Below, piece by piece: positions 33,392 through 36,364 of a stretch of 36,364 nt of DNA. Under the pieces are notes generated by a model, which was not told where the DNA came from, did no database searches, and saw nothing but the letters and a program-made list of their open reading frames with translations. Source of the stretch: an uncultured cyanobacterium. GTDB lineage: Bacteria > Cyanobacteriota > Cyanobacteriia > Cyanobacteriales > Microcystaceae. The position numbers and the translations under genes are program-made. How positions within the stretch are numbered: position 1 is the stretch's first letter; each line of letters begins with the position of its first letter. The stretch covers positions 1 through 36,364 of the forward strand of contig CAWEDJ010000077.1 of assembly GCA_963807635.1 (NCBI GenBank), in the 5' to 3' direction.

Positions 33392-36364
33392 GTTCCTTCC
33401 TTCCTCTCGACGCGAACCCTGTCCTATCTGTGAACAGACCAATGGCGACTGTCGCACTCTCGATACGGGTTTCATTCTCTGTCACTCTTACATAGACTAC
33501 GACCCCGCCCATCCCGATTATCAATGGCGTAAATCGGATAAATCTGGGGTTTGGGGAATTTTTGTCCAACGGTCTGAACAAAACCCTTTTTCACGAGATG
33601 AATGGCTCGCTCAAAAAGCCAAACGGGAACAACAACGACGAGAAGCCCTAGAACAACAATTTAAGACCGCTTTATCCGTTGAGGATAGAGATAAAGCCAT
33701 CCGTCAATTAGCTGCCGATTTAAAGCTCTCTAGCCGCCACAGAAATGATTTAAAACAACGGGGTCTAACGGATGACATGATCGAGAAAGGTCTTTTCTTT
33801 TCTGTCAGCCCCTATCAAGCGATTCCCCTCAACATTCCTAAAAACTTGCCTGGTGTCGATTGGTTCGGTAACAGATTGGCTATCCGCCACGATGGAATTG
33901 CCTTTGTTGCCTTTAATGGACAGAATCAGGCGATCGGGTTCCAGATTCGCCTTGATGGGGCAACGGATTCTAAATATCGCTGGGCGAAGGGTATAGCATC
34001 GAGCCACCTAAGTAATGGTGAACTGCCCTTATCGGTGGCGATTCCTGAAAGCATTACTCGCCCCCATCTCGGTTTCTGTGAGGGTATCGGGGCTAAACCG
34101 ACTTTGGCGGCCCATCGCTTTGGTCAACGGATCATTGGAGCCGCAGGAGGGAATTTTGTCGGCAGTCCAGAGCAAATTCAGGATAACCTTGCGGATTACT
34201 CGACCAATTTACCCATTGATCTCTATGTCGATGGAGGAGATGTACTCAATCCTTCCAAACTCAAAGCCTGGGAACGGCAAGTGAATTTTTTCCAAAGCTT
34301 GGGCTATTCTGTTCAATTTCCCTGGTGGGGACAGGTCAGTAAAACGAGTCATGATTGCGATGAATTGACTGAATCCGAACTCAATTCTGTCAGCTATCTC
34401 TCCCCTGATGATTTCTTTAAACTTGCCAAAGACTATCAAGCCCAAGCCCGTTGGCGCAAATCTAAACAATTCACTGCTCAAATGATCCTCAATCAAGAAC
34501 ATCTGAACTGGAAGACTTTTGATGATAATGCTGCCTATTTTATTAAATCTGGTCTAGGAACGGGAAAAACCACTAATCTCAGGGATTGGATAGAAGACAA
34601 TCGAAGCTGGTTACAACACAATCGTATTTTGGTCTTAGGAACCCTCAATAACCTTTTACGCCAAGGAGTCGCCCAAATTCGCGGCTTAGAATTACTCCAT
34701 GAAAAAGCCGACCATGTTTGTCTATCTGACCCTGATTATTGGTTGGCTCTCTGTCTGGATTCCCTCTGGCGATTCAAACCTGAAGATTTTGATAATTGTG
34801 TTTTAGTGTTGGATGAATTGATGTCCGTCATTAAACATCTGCTCTACGGGAAAACTGCCATTAAACAGCAGCGTGAGCAAATTATTGAACTTTTTACCCA
34901 GGCTCTCAAACGCGCTCGAACGATTATTTGTCTAGATGGTAATCTGGCGGATTGGGCCGTTGACTACATCCACAAACTTTGCCCCGACAAACCCATTCAT
35001 ACCGTCCACAATCAACACATTGGACAAAAATCTAAAATTCATTTCCTGGAAGGAGTGATTGATAAGAAAGAGGTTTTCCGTCCCAATAAATATTCTCCCT
35101 GGGTGAAACATCTTTTACAGGCTCCTGTGGTTGCCCTCTGTAGCGACAATAAAACTTTTTTAGATGGCGTTGAAAAACTCCTGAAAAAACAGGGTAAAAA
35201 GGGTTTAAACATTAATCGGGATACTTCCAATAGCAAACCTGTTAAAGAGTTTTTAACCAAACCAGATGCCTATTTATCCCAGCAACGGATTGATTATTTA
35301 CTCTATTCCCCCACTGCCCAAAGTGGCATTGATATTCCAATTACGGATTATTTTACCCATCATTTCGGTTTCTTCTTTGGCATCTTGGATGTGGATAATA
35401 TCCTGCAAATGATTGCCCGTATTCGGGATATTCAGGTGGATAAATGGCTATGGGTGAAAGAATTTAGTACGTTTTCTTCCGATGATATTTATGCATCAGA
35501 CCCCCTCTTGATTCAATCTTTGTTGACTCAACAACTGACTCTCAATGCCAACAAAACCCTTTCAGGAGAAATCAATGCGGAACAAATTATTGCTAATGTC
35601 TTGGATGTTTGGCACAGTCAACAACAATCAGTTCATGCCAATTGTGCTTTGACAATTCAAGGGATGTGGAATTATGAGAAACAGCATTTACGACAATGTG
35701 TAAAGGAGCAATTAACTGCCGCAGGTTATCAGATTACTCCCTATCGTCTCAATCACAGGATTGATAAGGGCGATATGGGTCTTAAGACTGCCATTCAGGA
35801 AGTCAAGGATGAGTATTATCAAAGGGTTTTTGAAGCTCCTGAGTTTCCTGCTGACCAACCTTTAGGCATTGATGTAGATCCCTGTGTCCAGATTAAGCAA
35901 CAGATTCTTCGTCTGCTTCCAGGGATTCAGTATCAGTCTATCTGGAGTCCTGAATTCTTGAAAACCCTGTTACAGGGTCAGATGGGGCTTTATTGGCAGC
36001 TTCATCGTTTCTGGATGATTCAACACTCTGAGGTTTCCCTATGCCGTTCTAAGCAAAAATTCAAGGGTATCCATGATCGTTTATTTACGGGAGAGATGCT
36101 TTGTTCTTGGCTCTACCGAGATGAACACCCTCTGATTCTGGCTTTAAAGGAGAGTGGTATTTTAGACCTTGATCCAGAGCAAGAGTATCACAATGATTCT
36201 CCCGAAATTTTAACGATTATTCATCGTTGTCGGCGTTTAAAACTGACTTTGGGACGGCAGGGTAAGGCTCTGAATATTCAGTTTGTTGGGCGTTTACTCC
36301 AGAAAGTCGGTCTCAAATGGCGATCGCGGAAAGTCCGAGGGAAGGACGGCAAGGAACTGCGTTA
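33384..36364 (+). CDS. Cyanobacterial plasmid replication protein (CyRepA1-like: Zn-finger + Toprim-like primase region + SF2 helicase), runs off the right edge
   Basis: Not in the ORF track (no stop). GGAGGA RBS, then MTKFLPSSRREPCPICEQTNGDCR..LCH, KYRW, FCEGIGAKP, IGAAGG, YVDGGD, WWGQ..K..HDCDEL, Walker A IKSGLGTGKTT, Walker B LVLDE, YSPTAQSGIDI, QMIARIR. Confidence 0.85.
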   Translation, partial: MTKFLPSSRREPCPICEQTNGDCRTLDTGFILCHSYIDYDPAHPDYQWRKSDKSGVWGIFVQRSEQNPFSRDEWLAQKAKREQQRREALEQQFKTALSVEDRDKAIRQLAADLKLSSRHRNDLKQRGLTDDMIEKGLFFSVSPYQAIPLNIPKNLPGVDWFGNRLAIRHDGIAFVAFNGQNQAIGFQIRLDGATDSKYRWAKGIASSHLSNGELPLSVAIPESITRPHLGFCEGIGAKPTLAAHRFGQRIIGAAGGNFVGSPEQIQDNLADYSTNLPIDLYVDGGDVLNPSKLKAWERQVNFFQSLGYSVQFPWWGQVSKTSHDCDELTESELNSVSYLSPDDFFKLAKDYQAQARWRKSKQFTAQMILNQEHLNWKTFDDNAAYFIKSGLGTGKTTNLRDWIEDNRSWLQHNRILVLGTLNNLLRQGVAQIRGLELLHEKADHVCLSDPDYWLALCLDSLWRFKPEDFDNCVLVLDELMSVIKHLLYGKTAIKQQREQIIELFTQALKRARTIICLDGNLADWAVDYIHKLCPDKPIHTVHNQHIGQKSKIHFLEGVIDKKEVFRPNKYSPWVKHLLQAPVVALCSDNKTFLDGVEKLLKKQGKKGLNINRDTSNSKPVKEFLTKPDAYLSQQRIDYLLYSPTAQSGIDIPITDYFTHHFGFFFGILDVDNILQMIARIRDIQVDKWLWVKEFSTFSSDDIYASDPLLIQSLLTQQLTLNANKTLSGEINAEQIIANVLDVWHSQQQSVHANCALTIQGMWNYEKQHLRQCVKEQLTAAGYQITPYRLNHRIDKGDMGLKTAIQEVKDEYYQRVFEAPEFPADQPLGIDVDPCVQIKQQILRLLPGIQYQSIWSPEFLKTLLQGQMGLYWQLHRFWMIQHSEVSLCRSKQKFKGIHDRLFTGEMLCSWLYRDEHPLILALKESGILDLDPEQEYHNDSPEILTIIHRCRRLKLTLGRQGKALNIQFVGRLLQKVGLKWRSRKVRGKDGKELR

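Noticed and set aside
33336..35260. Short ORFs listed within the right end
   Set aside because: Antisense or out-of-frame shadows of the long rep ORF starting at 33384.
1..36364. tRNA/rRNA genes and prophage structural genes
   Set aside because: None recognised by eye; tRNAscan-SE and Infernal were not run.

Overview
Cyanobacterial accessory DNA (frequent HIP1 octamers, GCGATCGC) that looks like a plasmid or an integrated plasmid-like element. The left end holds the DNA phosphorothioation genes dndD (runs off the window) and dndC, which lacks its 5' part: homology stops abruptly at about 2260. Next come two AT-rich nuclease genes (a DUF3276/PUR-like + PD-(D/E)XK fusion and an SBD-like + HNH protein), a BrnT/BrnA toxin-antitoxin pair, two divergent paralogous ~620-aa tyrosine recombinases, and a parA + small partner operon flanked by 8-bp repeats. 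A CyRepA1-like primase-helicase replication gene runs off the right end. Between them (10.9-32.3 kb) is the best candidate for an undescribed system: an FHA/winged-helix regulator, an orphan NrdG-like radical SAM protein, four Ser/Thr kinase-FGE(C-type-lectin fold) genes with hypervariable DGR-VR-like ends, a coiled-coil protein, a ClpB-like AAA+ ATPase, a membrane-anchored NYN nuclease, vWA, FHA and PP2C. Five transcription units of this cluster share one promoter architecture: 11-bp tandem repeats 31-32 nt upstream of a -10 box. Unrelated cassettes interrupt the cluster (IS3, xisH/xisI remnant, DUF2281-like gene, AIPR, four-helix bundle, MNT-HEPN). Five small frameshifts may be sequencing errors or real decay. 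All family assignments come from motif recognition by eye, not database searches.
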